Assembly: GCA_040081625.1 (NCBI GenBank)
Contig: JBEBGD010000008.1
Location: forward strand, 1 to 64,000
DNA from: Chthoniobacteraceae bacterium
GTDB taxonomy: Bacteria; Verrucomicrobiota; Verrucomicrobiia; Chthoniobacterales; Chthoniobacteraceae
Length of the DNA: 64,000 nucleotides
Reading direction: 5' to 3'
Below are positions 22,332 to 32,282 of this stretch, piece after piece. The notes under the pieces are model-generated. The model was given only the letters and a program-made list of their open reading frames with translations, was not told where the DNA came from and did no database searches. Numbering within the stretch: the first letter of the stretch is position 1; each line of letters begins with the position of its first letter. The position numbers were made by a program, and so were the translations under genes.

Positions 22332-22736
22332 GTGAAGCTCGAGCGAAACTTCCAGATCAACCCGGCGTTCGTCGGCGTCGTGCCGCTGATCAACGTGATG
22401 TTCCTCGTCATCCTCTTCTTCGCGCTCAGCTCGCGCTTTCTGCTCCAGTCCGGCCTCGCCGTCTCGCTGCCGGCCTCGAGCTTCACGATCAGCCCTGCGC
22501 GCCAGCCGCAACTCGTGAGCATCGCCGCCACGCCCGTCCTCTCGATCTACCACGGAGACCGTCGCATCGCGATCGAGGAACTCGGCCCGCGCCTTGCAGC
22601 CGTCGAGGGCAATGAGCGCTCGCTCGTCATCAAGGCCGACCGCGGCGCCCCCTACGACCTCGTGATCAACGTCATGAACATCGGCCTCCAGCACGGCTAC
22701 TCCATCGTGCTCGCGACCGCGCGCGAGGCGCGATGA
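22332..22736 (+). CDS. ExbD/TolR family protein (TM Asp replaced by Asn)
   Basis: PLINVMFLVILFF TM segment, VSLP, LVIKADRGAPY..VI.VM. Confidence 0.88.
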   Translation: MKLERNFQINPAFVGVVPLINVMFLVILFFALSSRFLLQSGLAVSLPASSFTISPARQPQLVSIAATPVLSIYHGDRRIAIEELGPRLAAVEGNERSLVIKADRGAPYDLVINVMNIGLQHGYSIVLATAREAR

Positions 22737-23467
22737 ATGTCGCCGGTGCCGAGCGGGCGTTGATCTTCGCGTGGGATCGCGTGCGGCGCGTGCCGATGAT
22801 CCTGCCCGGCTTTCTGCTGCTCACCCTCATCGGACACGTTGGCGCGTTCTTTCTCTTCCACGTCGTCTATCCGACTCAGGCTTCACTGCCGATGCCGCAG
22901 CCGACGGTCGCCGTGCTCGATCCATCGCGCCCCGATCACCAGGCGCTGCTGCGCTGGGCCGAATCCGAGGATCCCGCGCCCGCAGCGACGCAATCCGGCA
23001 TAACCGAGCGGCTGCTCGGCGTGCCCTACCAACCGTCCTTCGCCACCGTCCGCACCGCGCCACTCACGCTGCCGCCGGACCCCGGGAGCCTGCAATACCC
23101 GCCGCCGCGCGAGCCGATCGCGCTTATCCGCAGCGTCGAACCCAGGCCCGCTCCGCCACCACCGCCACCACCCTCGGGACCGACACGCATCAAGCTCAGC
23201 CGCGAGCTGGCCGGTCGAATGCCCGGCGCGGTTGCGTTCACATTCAAAACTAAAAGCCCCGAGCCGATCGACGCCGCGGAGTTTCTCATCGGCGTCACCG
23301 ACCGCGGCGAAGTGCGCTCCGCGATTCTCCAGCGCTCCTCCGGCAGCGATTCCTTCGACGCGCAAGCGGCCGATCAGCTCACCCGCCTCTCGCTCACCAC
23401 GGCTGAGGCGCCGATCACATGGGGGCGCGCCACCATCCTGTGGGGCGCGGACGCCTACTCCCGATGA
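22733..23467 (+). CDS. TonB-like protein (TM anchor, Pro-rich linker, TonB C-terminal-like domain)
   Basis: TM segment with His (LIGHVG), polyproline run, GEVRSAILQRSSGSDSFDAQA. Confidence 0.65.
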   Translation: MNVAGAERALIFAWDRVRRVPMILPGFLLLTLIGHVGAFFLFHVVYPTQASLPMPQPTVAVLDPSRPDHQALLRWAESEDPAPAATQSGITERLLGVPYQPSFATVRTAPLTLPPDPGSLQYPPPREPIALIRSVEPRPAPPPPPPPSGPTRIKLSRELAGRMPGAVAFTFKTKSPEPIDAAEFLIGVTDRGEVRSAILQRSSGSDSFDAQAADQLTRLSLTTAEAPITWGRATILWGADAYSR

Positions 23468-23703
23468 TCCCCGTCGGCCTCGGCACGCTCGTCTTTTTCT
23501 GCGTCGGCGGAATGCTCGCTGGGATCTTCGGCGCATGGCTCATCTCCGAGTGCCGGCGCCAGCGCCGCGAACGTCACGCCTTCCGCGACGTGCTGCGCTG
23601 CACGATGTGCGGCTGCGAGTTTGAAAACGCCGCAGGTGAATCGATCGCGCGCTGCCCGCGCTGCGACACGCTCAACGAGCGCCGCAGTTTCTCGCGCTTG
23701 TAG
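23464..23703 (+). CDS. Small membrane-anchored Zn-ribbon protein
   Basis: N-terminal TM, CTMC...CPRC; ATGA overlap with the upstream stop. Confidence 0.65.
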   Translation: MIPVGLGTLVFFCVGGMLAGIFGAWLISECRRQRRERHAFRDVLRCTMCGCEFENAAGESIARCPRCDTLNERRSFSRL

Positions 23704-23751
23704 CCGCGCAATTTCCCTTTGCACGCAGCGCCGCCGCCGCTATCCGGCGCC

Positions 23752-25317
23752 ATGGCAGCTCACTCCTCGTCCATCGACGCCGGCTTCTACCTCTCCGCCG
23801 ACGACTTTTTTCCAAGCCAGGGCGGCACCGCGCTCACATACGACGACGTCACGCTCGCCACGCAATTCAGCGACGTGCTCCCGCGCGAGACCGTGCTCGA
23901 GACCGTGCTCCACGAGCGCCTGCGACTCCCGCTGCCGATCCTCTCCGCCGACATGGACACCGTCACCGAATCGCGCATGGCCATCGCGATGGCGCGCAAT
24001 GGCGGCCTCGGCCTCATCCACGCGAACCTGCCCGAGAAGCAGCAGCTCAGCGAAGTCAGCCGCGTCAAAAACAACGTCCACGGCCTCATCCAGGAGCCGA
24101 TCAAAATCGCGCCGACGCAATCCATCGGCGACGTGCTCGCCATCATCGACGAACGCGGCTTCGGTTTCCGCACCTTCCCCGTCGTCGATGAAAACGACAC
24201 GCTCATCGGCCTGCTGCCCGGCCACGTCGTGCGCCCGCGCTACGCCGCGATCCGTGTCGCCGACGCGATGACGAAACGCGCGCACGTCGAGACGATCCTC
24301 GAGAGCGAGCTCGGCGACGACCCGATCGCGCGCGCCGATCGATTCTTCAGCGAGCGCGTCGGCATCCACAAGCTGCTCGTCGTGGACCAGGCCGACCACC
24401 TGCGCGGCCTCTTCACCATCTCCGACATCGAGCGCATCCTGCACGAGCGCTCCGCGCAGACCTTCAAGCCCGCGCGCGACGAGAAATTCCGCCTGCTCTG
24501 CGGCGCAGCCATCAGCGCGACGCGCACCGCCACCGGCGACCTCGATCGCGACCGCATCTTCGCGCAGATCGGCGCACTCGTGGAGCGCGGCCTCGATGCT
24601 GTCGCCGTCAGCACTGCGCACGGCTTCACGCGCGGCGTCGGCGATACCGTGCGCATGATCCGCGACGCCTTCCCCGAACTGCCCATCATCGCCGGCAACG
24701 TCACCAGCGCCGCCGGCGTCGAATTCCTCGCCGACTGCGGCGCGAACGCCATCAAGGTCGGACAGGGCCCAGGCTCCATCTGCACGACCCGCATCGTCGC
24801 CGGCGTCGGCATTCCCCAGCTCACCGCGCTCTACGTCTGCGCGAAAGCGGCCGCGGGAAAAGGCGTGAAGACCATCGCCGACGGCGGCATCTCCAAAAGC
24901 GGCGACATCGTCAAGGCGCTCACGCTTTCCGACGCGGTGATCTGCGGCGGACTGCTCGCCGGCTGCCCCGAGGCGCCCGGCCAGCTCCTCGAGATCGACG
25001 GCAAATTCTACAAGCAATACCGTGGCATGGGCAGCCTCGCCGCGATGCAAGCCGGCAGCGCCGCGCGCTACGGCCACCACGTGAAGGACGCCACGCGCAA
25101 GATCGCCGCCGAAGGCGTCGAAGCGCTAAAGGAAGCCGGCCCGCAGCTCGACGCCGTGCTGCTCCAGCTCGCCGGCGGCACGCAGAGCGGCCTCGGCTAC
25201 CTCGGCGCGCGCAACCTCGGCGAGCTTCGCGAAAAGGCGCGATACATCCGCGTCACCCCCGCCGGCCAGCGCGAGAGCGTCCCGCACGACATCGTCGAGA
25301 TGAAGGCCGGCACGTAG
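23752..25317 (+). CDS. guaB: IMP dehydrogenase with CBS subdomain
   Basis: [40 protein letters not shown]. Confidence 0.95.
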   Translation: MAAHSSSIDAGFYLSADDFFPSQGGTALTYDDVTLATQFSDVLPRETVLETVLHERLRLPLPILSADMDTVTESRMAIAMARNGGLGLIHANLPEKQQLSEVSRVKNNVHGLIQEPIKIAPTQSIGDVLAIIDERGFGFRTFPVVDENDTLIGLLPGHVVRPRYAAIRVADAMTKRAHVETILESELGDDPIARADRFFSERVGIHKLLVVDQADHLRGLFTISDIERILHERSAQTFKPARDEKFRLLCGAAISATRTATGDLDRDRIFAQIGALVERGLDAVAVSTAHGFTRGVGDTVRMIRDAFPELPIIAGNVTSAAGVEFLADCGANAIKVGQGPGSICTTRIVAGVGIPQLTALYVCAKAAAGKGVKTIADGGISKSGDIVKALTLSDAVICGGLLAGCPEAPGQLLEIDGKFYKQYRGMGSLAAMQAGSAARYGHHVKDATRKIAAEGVEALKEAGPQLDAVLLQLAGGTQSGLGYLGARNLGELREKARYIRVTPAGQRESVPHDIVEMKAGT

Positions 25318-25320
25318 CCG

Positions 25321-27843
25321 CTACGCCGGCCGCACGATTGCCGTGATGCCGGGCTGCTCGGCGAAATATTTCCGCGCGACACGGCGGATGTCTTCGAGCG
25401 TCACCGCATCCACCTCGCCTCGCCAGCGCGTGTAGTGGTCGAAGCCTAGACCGTAGAGCTCGTCGAGCGCGCACGAGAACGCCAGCGCGTCATTGCTCTG
25501 GTTGCGGATGTCCAGCCCGCCGTTGAGCTTCGCTTTCGCGCGGGCGAGTTCCTCCGCGGTGAGCCCGTCGCTTGCGAGCTTCGCGATTTCCTCGTGCAGC
25601 GCGCCCTTCACCTCCTCAAGCTTCGCCGGATCGGTGCCGAGGTAGAACGTGAACCCGCCGCGCGAGAGACCCATGAGCTGGCCGGTGCCGACGAAATACG
25701 CGAGGCCCATCTGTTCGCGAATGCGCAGGAAAAGTCGCGAGCCGAGATCGCTGCACGCCTCGTCGATGAGTTCGAGCGGCGCGCGATCCGGGCTGGTGAG
25801 ATCCACGCTGAGGAAGCCGGTCATCAACACCGCCTGCTGCTTCGGCATGATCTCGATGAACTCGCTCGCAGCGCGCAGTGGCGCCGGCTGCGGCGGTGCG
25901 ACGACGGCGGGTTCGCCGCTGCGGAAGGCCGCGAGCTCGCGTTCGACCATCTCGCGCACCTCACCGGCCTTCACCGCGCCGAAGATCGCGAGCACGCCGT
26001 TGCGCGCGCAGAGATGCCGGTCGCGGAACGCGAGCAAGTCGTCGCGCGTGATCTTCGCGACGGTCTCCGGCGTGCCGAGCGCCGTCATGCCGAAGGGATG
26101 CCCAGCGAAAAGATGCTGCCGCAGGAGATTGCGCGCGACGCTCGTCACCTCCTCCTCGTCGGCCTTGATCGCGCCGAGCTGCACCTCGCGTTCGCGGCTG
26201 ATGGCCTTTTCCGGCAGCGTCGCCTCGCGCAGCACCTCGGAGAGAATGCTCAGCCCGCGCGCGAGGTCGGGCTGCATCACGCGCACGGTCACGTTGATGG
26301 AATTGTTGCCGCCCTCCGCGCCGATGCCGCCGCCGAGGCTCTCGAGTTCGTCGGCGATTTGCTCGGCGGTTCGCGTCGGCGTGCCCTTGAGCAGCGTCCT
26401 CGCGAAAAGTCGCGTGATGCCGTTGATCTCCGGCGTCTCGGCGAGCAGGCCGGCCTTGAAAGTCGTGGCGATCGAAATGAGCGGCAGGCGCGGGTCTTCG
26501 CGCACGAGCAGGCGCAGGCCATTCGGCAGCTCAAACCGCTGGATCTCGCCGCCGGCGGCGATGCTCGCGACGTTCGTAGTCTTCGCGGTCGAGCCTTCGG
26601 GACTGAGCGACGTGACGACGAGATTCGACTCGCGGCAGTGACGCTCGATCGCGCGCCGGACGCTGTCGGCACTCACTTGCTGGATCGCCTCGAGGTAATC
26701 GTGCGAGAAGTGCAGGTTGCGCGTGAGAAGCCAGTTCGCGCCGATGTCGCCGGCCTTCCCTCGCATCGTGGTGAATTGCCCGAGCTGATGGCTCAGCGCG
26801 ATCTTGCGCGCCTTCTCGATCTCGGCCTCGCTCACGCCGTTCGTGCGCACTTGATCGATCAGCCCGAGACACTCGCGCTCGACCTCCGCGCGGTGTGCGG
26901 GCTCGAGGATTGCGTCGATACCGAACAGCCCCGTCTCCGTCGGCGACCAGCACCACGTGTCGATCGAGTGAACGATGCCGCGCACTTCCCGCAGCCGCTG
27001 GTAAAGGCGCGAGCTGCGCCCGCCCCCGAGCGCGACCGCGGCGACATCGAGCGACGGCACATCGGGATGCGTGATGTCCGGCACGTGCCACGCGAGATGG
27101 AGCCGCGTGAGCTCGGTCGGGAATTCGCGATGCATGTCGCGCCGGCCGAGTTGCGAGGGTTCGGCGGGGATGAACACGTCCGGCAGCGCGCGCCGGGGCG
27201 TGGAGAAAGTCGCGGCGAGCAGCGCCTCGATCTCGACCGCCTTCACGTCGCCGACGACGACGAAGAACACGTTGTTCGGCGCGTAGCGCTCGCGGTAGTA
27301 GCGCGCGAGGTCGTCGTGCGTGAGCTGGTTGAAAACGTCGAGCCGTCCGATGACGGGATGCCGATACGGATGCGCGACGTAGGCGGTGTCGAAGAGCGCC
27401 TGGCTGGCCATGCGATCGGCGTCGTCGAAGCCCATCGCGAATTCACGCCGGATGACTTCGCGTTCCTTCACGAGTTCGTCCGGCGGCAGCGTTGAGTTCT
27501 GGATCGCGTCGGCGAGCAGTTCGATCGCGATGGCCGCGCCGCGCGCCGGCACATCGACCCAATACACCGTGCGATCGAACGACGTGTAGGCGTTGATGTA
27601 GCCGCCCTGGTCCTGCACCGCCTGCGCGAACTCGCTCGCGCCGCGCCGTGGCGTGCCCTTGAAAAGCATGTGCTCGAGCAGGTGCGAAATGCCGCCGCCG
27701 AGCCAGCGACCCTCGTGGATCGAGCCCGTCTGCACCCACGCCTGCACGCTGACGACGGGCGCGCTGTGGTCTTCCTCGACGATGAGCGTCAGGCCATTGG
27801 GCAGAGTGAAAACTTCGGCAGCCGGAAGCGGGAGCGTGAGCAT
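25321..27843 (-). CDS. M16-family zinc peptidase (fused two-half form)
   Basis: GISHLLEHMLFKGT (HxxEH), NAYTSFDRTVY; the second LPNGL half lacks the metal motif. Confidence 0.92.
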   Translation of the reverse strand: MLTLPLPAAEVFTLPNGLTLIVEEDHSAPVVSVQAWVQTGSIHEGRWLGGGISHLLEHMLFKGTPRRGASEFAQAVQDQGGYINAYTSFDRTVYWVDVPARGAAIAIELLADAIQNSTLPPDELVKEREVIRREFAMGFDDADRMASQALFDTAYVAHPYRHPVIGRLDVFNQLTHDDLARYYRERYAPNNVFFVVVGDVKAVEIEALLAATFSTPRRALPDVFIPAEPSQLGRRDMHREFPTELTRLHLAWHVPDITHPDVPSLDVAAVALGGGRSSRLYQRLREVRGIVHSIDTWCWSPTETGLFGIDAILEPAHRAEVERECLGLIDQVRTNGVSEAEIEKARKIALSHQLGQFTTMRGKAGDIGANWLLTRNLHFSHDYLEAIQQVSADSVRRAIERHCRESNLVVTSLSPEGSTAKTTNVASIAAGGEIQRFELPNGLRLLVREDPRLPLISIATTFKAGLLAETPEINGITRLFARTLLKGTPTRTAEQIADELESLGGGIGAEGGNNSINVTVRVMQPDLARGLSILSEVLREATLPEKAISREREVQLGAIKADEEEVTSVARNLLRQHLFAGHPFGMTALGTPETVAKITRDDLLAFRDRHLCARNGVLAIFGAVKAGEVREMVERELAAFRSGEPAVVAPPQPAPLRAASEFIEIMPKQQAVLMTGFLSVDLTSPDRAPLELIDEACSDLGSRLFLRIREQMGLAYFVGTGQLMGLSRGGFTFYLGTDPAKLEEVKGALHEEIAKLASDGLTAEELARAKAKLNGGLDIRNQSNDALAFSCALDELYGLGFDHYTRWRGEVDAVTLEDIRRVARKYFAEQPGITAIVRPA

Positions 27844-27865
27844 GTGCAGGACGCGTGTCCTACAC

Positions 27866-28306
27866 TCAGTTCAGCTCTTCCGCCGGTGAATCCACGACGA
27901 TCCGCACCGGCGGCGCGTCCGCTTTCGGCGCCGGCAGGAACGGCGCGACGAAGGCGTCGTGGAAATCATACACGCCGCGGAAGTCGGAGATCGAGTCGCG
28001 CTCGGTCTTCCCGAAGATGCCGACGGCCACGAGCGCGAAGACCATGTGGCCGAAGTCTTCCGTGCTCTGGATCCGCCAGTGCTCAAAGACGCTCGGCACC
28101 ATCGGGCCGAACTGCTTGAGCCCATACCGGCGGACGCCTTCGAGCAATTGCTGGCCGGTCACATGGCCGGTCTCACCCGTGCTCTTCTTGCGCTCCTTGC
28201 GGGTGTATTCGAGCGCGTCGCGCAGGAAATAGTAAGCCGCGCGGGCGTATCGCGTTTCATGAGCGATGATTTCGTCGAGTGCTTCTTCGAACTTCGATTG
28301 GTCCAT
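27866..28306 (-). CDS. Minf_1886-like PVC conserved protein
   Basis: RYARAAYYFLRDAL, HVTGQQLLEG, QFGPM..VFEHW.I.STEDFG.MVF. Confidence 0.8.
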   Translation of the reverse strand: MDQSKFEEALDEIIAHETRYARAAYYFLRDALEYTRKERKKSTGETGHVTGQQLLEGVRRYGLKQFGPMVPSVFEHWRIQSTEDFGHMVFALVAVGIFGKTERDSISDFRGVYDFHDAFVAPFLPAPKADAPPVRIVVDSPAEELN

Positions 28307-28370
28307 ACCGGAGAGGGCGCGCGACGGTAAGCACGCGCTGCGGAGCGCGTCAATGGGCAGCAATCAAAGC

Positions 28371-30854
28371 TCAGCGAAAAGCAGCCGCTTTGCGGTCGCC
28401 CTGGCTGAGCAGATACGCCACGAGATCGAGCACTTCGTCCTCCTTGAGCGTGTTGAGCAGGCCGGGCGGCATGAGGCTGAACTTCGACGGCTCGATCGAC
28501 TTGATCTTCTTGCCGATCACATTCTCGGACTGGCTCGGGTCGAACATGTCGGTGTTCACGCGGTAACTGTCGCCGTTCGCATTCACGATGCGGCCGATGA
28601 CCTGGCTGCCGTCCTCCATCGTGAAGATGTTCGGCGCGTATTGGTCGCTCACGACCTTGTTCGGATCGATGATCGCCTCGATCAGGTCGCGCGGCGTGAA
28701 GCGACCGCCGGCTGCGGTGAGGTCCGGCCCCATCGCGCCACCGTCGCCGTCGATGCGATGACACGCGCCGCACGCGGCGTCGGCGAACAATTTTCGCCCA
28801 CGGTCGAAGTTGCGTCCGCGCATCCCGTTTGCGGCGGCGCCGGCGAGTTCATCGAGCGTCCACGCCTTCACAAACGTGCGGCCCGCGAGACTCTCGGCGA
28901 GGATTTCCTGCGGCGTCTTGATCTTCGGCACCGTGTCGAGGATCGGCTGCACGGCGGCCTTCGCGGCGGGATCGAGCATCGCGACGGCCTCGTCCTTGAT
29001 GTTCTTCACGAAGCCCTGGAAGCTCGCGCCGCCCTTGTAGCTGGCGGCCTTGAGGAACCACGAGAAGTAGGTCTTGCGAAGCTCGGGCGTCCAGCCGGTC
29101 TTGAGCACGCGCAGCGACTTCGCGTAGTCGAGCTGCTCCTCCTGAGTCGGCGCGGCTTCGAGCAAGGCGACCGTCTTTGCCGCGGCGGACGGCGCATCGA
29201 GGTAGATGAGCATCTGCGCCAGCTCCACATTCAGCGCGCGGTTCTGCGACGGGAAAATGGTGTCGAGCATCTCGACGATCTTCCCGCGCGTCTCATCGTC
29301 GGGAGCGCCCGTGCGGATGAAGATGAGGCCGAGCACGCGCAGCGCGTCGATCTGCTGCGCATCGGTCAGCGGTGCGCGCACGGCCTTGCCCAGGGTCTTG
29401 AGCACCTGCTCGCGAGCCTGCGCTCCGCCGACCCGCGCGCCCGCGAGCGCCGCGGTGATCAGCGCCTGCGGGTTCGTCTCCTCCTGCAGCTTCTCGACCG
29501 GCCAAGTGCTGAGGTCCTGGTGCTCGATCGCCACCCGCGCCGCCCAGCGCACGAACCGATCCGGGTGCCCGAGATACGGCCACGCGATCGCCGCGGCCTG
29601 CGGATCTTTCTTCCCATGAAACGCCTCGAGCTTCGCGCGGATCGCGAACTCCTCCGGCAGCTTCGTGTCCGTCTGCGCCGGCGCCGTCGATTCGCTGCCC
29701 GTGTAGGTCACGCGATAAAGCGCCGACTGCACCTTGCGCCCGCCCGTCGTAAAATACATCGCGCCATCCTGCGGACGGATGAGCACGTCCGTCAGCGCCA
29801 GCGGCTGGCCCTGCACGAACTCCTCGCGCTCCGCCTTATACGTGCCGCCGCTCGGCGTGAGATGCAGCGCGTAGAGCTTCCCGTAGCTCCAGTCGCAGAT
29901 GTAGAGCGCGTCCTGATACTTCGCGGGAAATTTCGCGCCGTATCCGAACACGAGACTCGTCGGCGAGCCGGGCCCGATGTCGATCACCGGCGGCAGATTG
30001 TCCGGGTAAGTCGCGGGCCACTTCCCCGTGCCGGAGCGCCAGCCAAACTCGCTCCCGCTCACCGCATGCATGACTCGCGTGGGCCGATACCACGGCGTGT
30101 TCATGTCCCACTCCATGTCGCTGTCGTAGCTGAAAAGATCGCCGTTCCGGTTGAGCGCCGCGTCGTATTGATTGCGATAGCCCATGCTCAGCAGCGTCCA
30201 GTCCTCCCCGTCCGGCGTGACTCGATAGATGCACCCGCCCGGCGCCAGCACGCCCTTCGCGTGGCCGCGCGCGTCCCACATCCGCGGCAGCAAATGATCC
30301 TCGGCCCACACGAGCGGCACCGTCGAACCGCTCACCTCCGTCGGCTTCGTATGATTGCCCGTGATCACGATCAGCGACTTCCCATCCGGCGAGAGCAGCA
30401 CCTGATGCGGCCCGTGATCGCCCTTGCCCTCGAGCGCGCGGAGGAACTCGACCTTGTCGAGCGCGCCGTCGCCATTCGTATCCGTCACGCGGTAGAGCCC
30501 GCTCGCATACTTCCCCGTCTGGCAGACGACCGCGTAAAGCACATCGCCCATCCACACGAGTCCGGTCGCCTCGCCGATCGGCGCCGCGATTTTCTCCACC
30601 ACCGGCGCGGCGCTGCTGCCGAGCGGCGGCGGCGTGATGGTGTAAAGATCGCCGTATTGATCGCTCACGGTAAGCCGGCCCTTCGGGTCGATCGCCATCG
30701 CCACCCACGACCCCTGCGTCTCGCCCGGCACCGCGTAAAGCAGCTCGACCTTGAAGCCTTTCGCCACATGCATCGTGGCGGGTGAAGTGGCCGTCGGCGG
30801 CACGGCGAGGGCGGCGGAAGCGACGAGCGAAGCGAGGAGGATGCGGGAGGTCAT
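28371..30854 (-). CDS. PVC-type heme-binding CxxCH protein (beta-propeller/dehydrogenase-like, HEAT repeats, cytochrome c)
   Basis: Signal peptide, GFKVELLY, DHGPH, GYRNQYD, DSDMEWD, CGACH, GPDLT, SLMPPGL. Confidence 0.88.
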   Translation of the reverse strand: MTSRILLASLVASAALAVPPTATSPATMHVAKGFKVELLYAVPGETQGSWVAMAIDPKGRLTVSDQYGDLYTITPPPLGSSAAPVVEKIAAPIGEATGLVWMGDVLYAVVCQTGKYASGLYRVTDTNGDGALDKVEFLRALEGKGDHGPHQVLLSPDGKSLIVITGNHTKPTEVSGSTVPLVWAEDHLLPRMWDARGHAKGVLAPGGCIYRVTPDGEDWTLLSMGYRNQYDAALNRNGDLFSYDSDMEWDMNTPWYRPTRVMHAVSGSEFGWRSGTGKWPATYPDNLPPVIDIGPGSPTSLVFGYGAKFPAKYQDALYICDWSYGKLYALHLTPSGGTYKAEREEFVQGQPLALTDVLIRPQDGAMYFTTGGRKVQSALYRVTYTGSESTAPAQTDTKLPEEFAIRAKLEAFHGKKDPQAAAIAWPYLGHPDRFVRWAARVAIEHQDLSTWPVEKLQEETNPQALITAALAGARVGGAQAREQVLKTLGKAVRAPLTDAQQIDALRVLGLIFIRTGAPDDETRGKIVEMLDTIFPSQNRALNVELAQMLIYLDAPSAAAKTVALLEAAPTQEEQLDYAKSLRVLKTGWTPELRKTYFSWFLKAASYKGGASFQGFVKNIKDEAVAMLDPAAKAAVQPILDTVPKIKTPQEILAESLAGRTFVKAWTLDELAGAAANGMRGRNFDRGRKLFADAACGACHRIDGDGGAMGPDLTAAGGRFTPRDLIEAIIDPNKVVSDQYAPNIFTMEDGSQVIGRIVNANGDSYRVNTDMFDPSQSENVIGKKIKSIEPSKFSLMPPGLLNTLKEDEVLDLVAYLLSQGDRKAAAFR

Positions 30855-30888
30855 GCGGGCCGGGAGGCTGGCGAGGGATGAACTCGAT

Positions 30889-31650
30889 TCAACTACTCGT
30901 CTCGACGGAAAGCCGCCCGCAATCCGGACAGTCCGCGCGCTTCGCGATACGGTGCCGGCGGAAGCGCATCGAGCCGAGATCCATCGTCAGCAGCGTGCCC
31001 GCGAGCGTCTCGCCGAGCCCGGCGATGAGCTTGATCACCTCCACCGCGCCCAGACACCCCACCGTCCCCGACACCGCACCGATCACGGGAAACTGCCGCT
31101 TCCAATCCGGCGGCGGCTCTGGCGCGAGACATCGCAGACACGGTGTGCGGCCGGGGATGATCGTCGTGAGATGCGCCTCCAGCGCATACATCGCGCACTC
31201 GACCATCGGCTTGCCCGCCTGCACCGCAGCGCGATTGAGCGCGTAGCGTTCGGGGAAAAGCGGCGCCGCATCCACCACCACATCCACCTGCGCCACGAGC
31301 GCGTCCGCATTCGCCTCGCTCACATTTTCCTCCACCGCCACGATCTCCACGCGCGGATTCAATTCCCTCAACCGCTGCACGACCGCCGGCAACCGTGGCT
31401 GCCCGATGCGCGCGTGCGACTGCTGGAGATGCCGATGCAAATCGCTCGGCTTCACCACCCCACCCATCGCCAGCACTAGCTTCCCGACTCCCGCCGCCGC
31501 GAGCTGATACGCCACCACCCCGCCGAGCCCGCCGACGCGAGAGATGAGCACCGACGCGGCCTTGAGCTTCCGCTGCCCTTCCTCGCCAAACCCCGGCACC
31601 CACATCTGCCATTCGTAGATGGCGCGCTCCTCGGGCGTGAGTTCGCTCAT
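30889..31650 (-). CDS. HesA/MoeB/ThiF family adenylyltransferase (HesA-like)
   Basis: YEWQMWVPGFGEEGQRKLK, VGGLGG, PCLRC, CPDCG, VIGAVSGTVGCL. Confidence 0.88.
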   Translation of the reverse strand: MSELTPEERAIYEWQMWVPGFGEEGQRKLKAASVLISRVGGLGGVVAYQLAAAGVGKLVLAMGGVVKPSDLHRHLQQSHARIGQPRLPAVVQRLRELNPRVEIVAVEENVSEANADALVAQVDVVVDAAPLFPERYALNRAAVQAGKPMVECAMYALEAHLTTIIPGRTPCLRCLAPEPPPDWKRQFPVIGAVSGTVGCLGAVEVIKLIAGLGETLAGTLLTMDLGSMRFRRHRIAKRADCPDCGRLSVETSS

Positions 31651-32282
31651 GTTGTCACGTCGCGGATGCTTCCATCGTCGAGGCGGAAGATCACGTCGGC
31701 GAGCTGCGCGGCCTCGGCGCGGCTGTGGGTGATGTGCAGCGCGGTCACGCCGTGTTCGCGTTGCACGCGCTTGAGCAGCGCGGCGAGGTCGTCGCGGAGT
31801 TCCTCGTCGAGCGCGGAGAGCGGCTCGTCGAGCACGAGCACGCGCGGCTTCGCGGCGAGCGCGCGGCCGAGGGCGACGCGCTGGCGTTCGCCGCCGGAGA
31901 GATTCTGCGGGAGGCGGTCGAGCAGCGCGGTGATGCCGAGTTCGTCCGCGAGGCGGCTCACGATTTCGTCGCACGGCTGGCGGCGCAGGCGCAGCGCGAA
32001 GCCGAGCTGCTCGCGCACCGTCATCGTCGGGAACATCGCGCCATCCTGCGGCACGTAGCCGACGCCGCGCGCGGCGGGCGGCTCGTGCGTCACGTCGCGG
32101 TCGCCGATGATCACGCGGCCGGAGTGGGGGCGGCGCAGGCCGCAGATGATCTCGAGCAGCGTGGTTTTCCCGCAGCCCGTGCGGCCCATGAGCACGGCGT
32201 AACTTCCCGACGGAATGTTGAGGTTCACGTTTTCCAAGCGGAACGAGCCGACGCGCCATGCGATCGAGTGGAGCTGGATCAC
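31647..32282 (-). CDS. ABC transporter ATP-binding protein (ModC/WtpC-like)
   Basis: GRTGCGKT, LSGGERQRVALGRAL, LDEPLSALD, HITH; GTGA overlap with the upstream gene. Confidence 0.9.
   Translation of the reverse strand: MIQLHSIAWRVGSFRLENVNLNIPSGSYAVLMGRTGCGKTTLLEIICGLRRPHSGRVIIGDRDVTHEPPAARGVGYVPQDGAMFPTMTVREQLGFALRLRRQPCDEIVSRLADELGITALLDRLPQNLSGGERQRVALGRALAAKPRVLVLDEPLSALDEELRDDLAALLKRVQREHGVTALHITHSRAEAAQLADVIFRLDDGSIRDVTT

Noticed and set aside
30889..31650. ThiF protein as an E1 of CBASS/Bil-type defence or a RiPP (MccB-like) maturase
   Set aside because: No E2, JAB, cyclase, ubiquitin-like or precursor-peptide gene nearby; it is coupled to a transporter operon instead.
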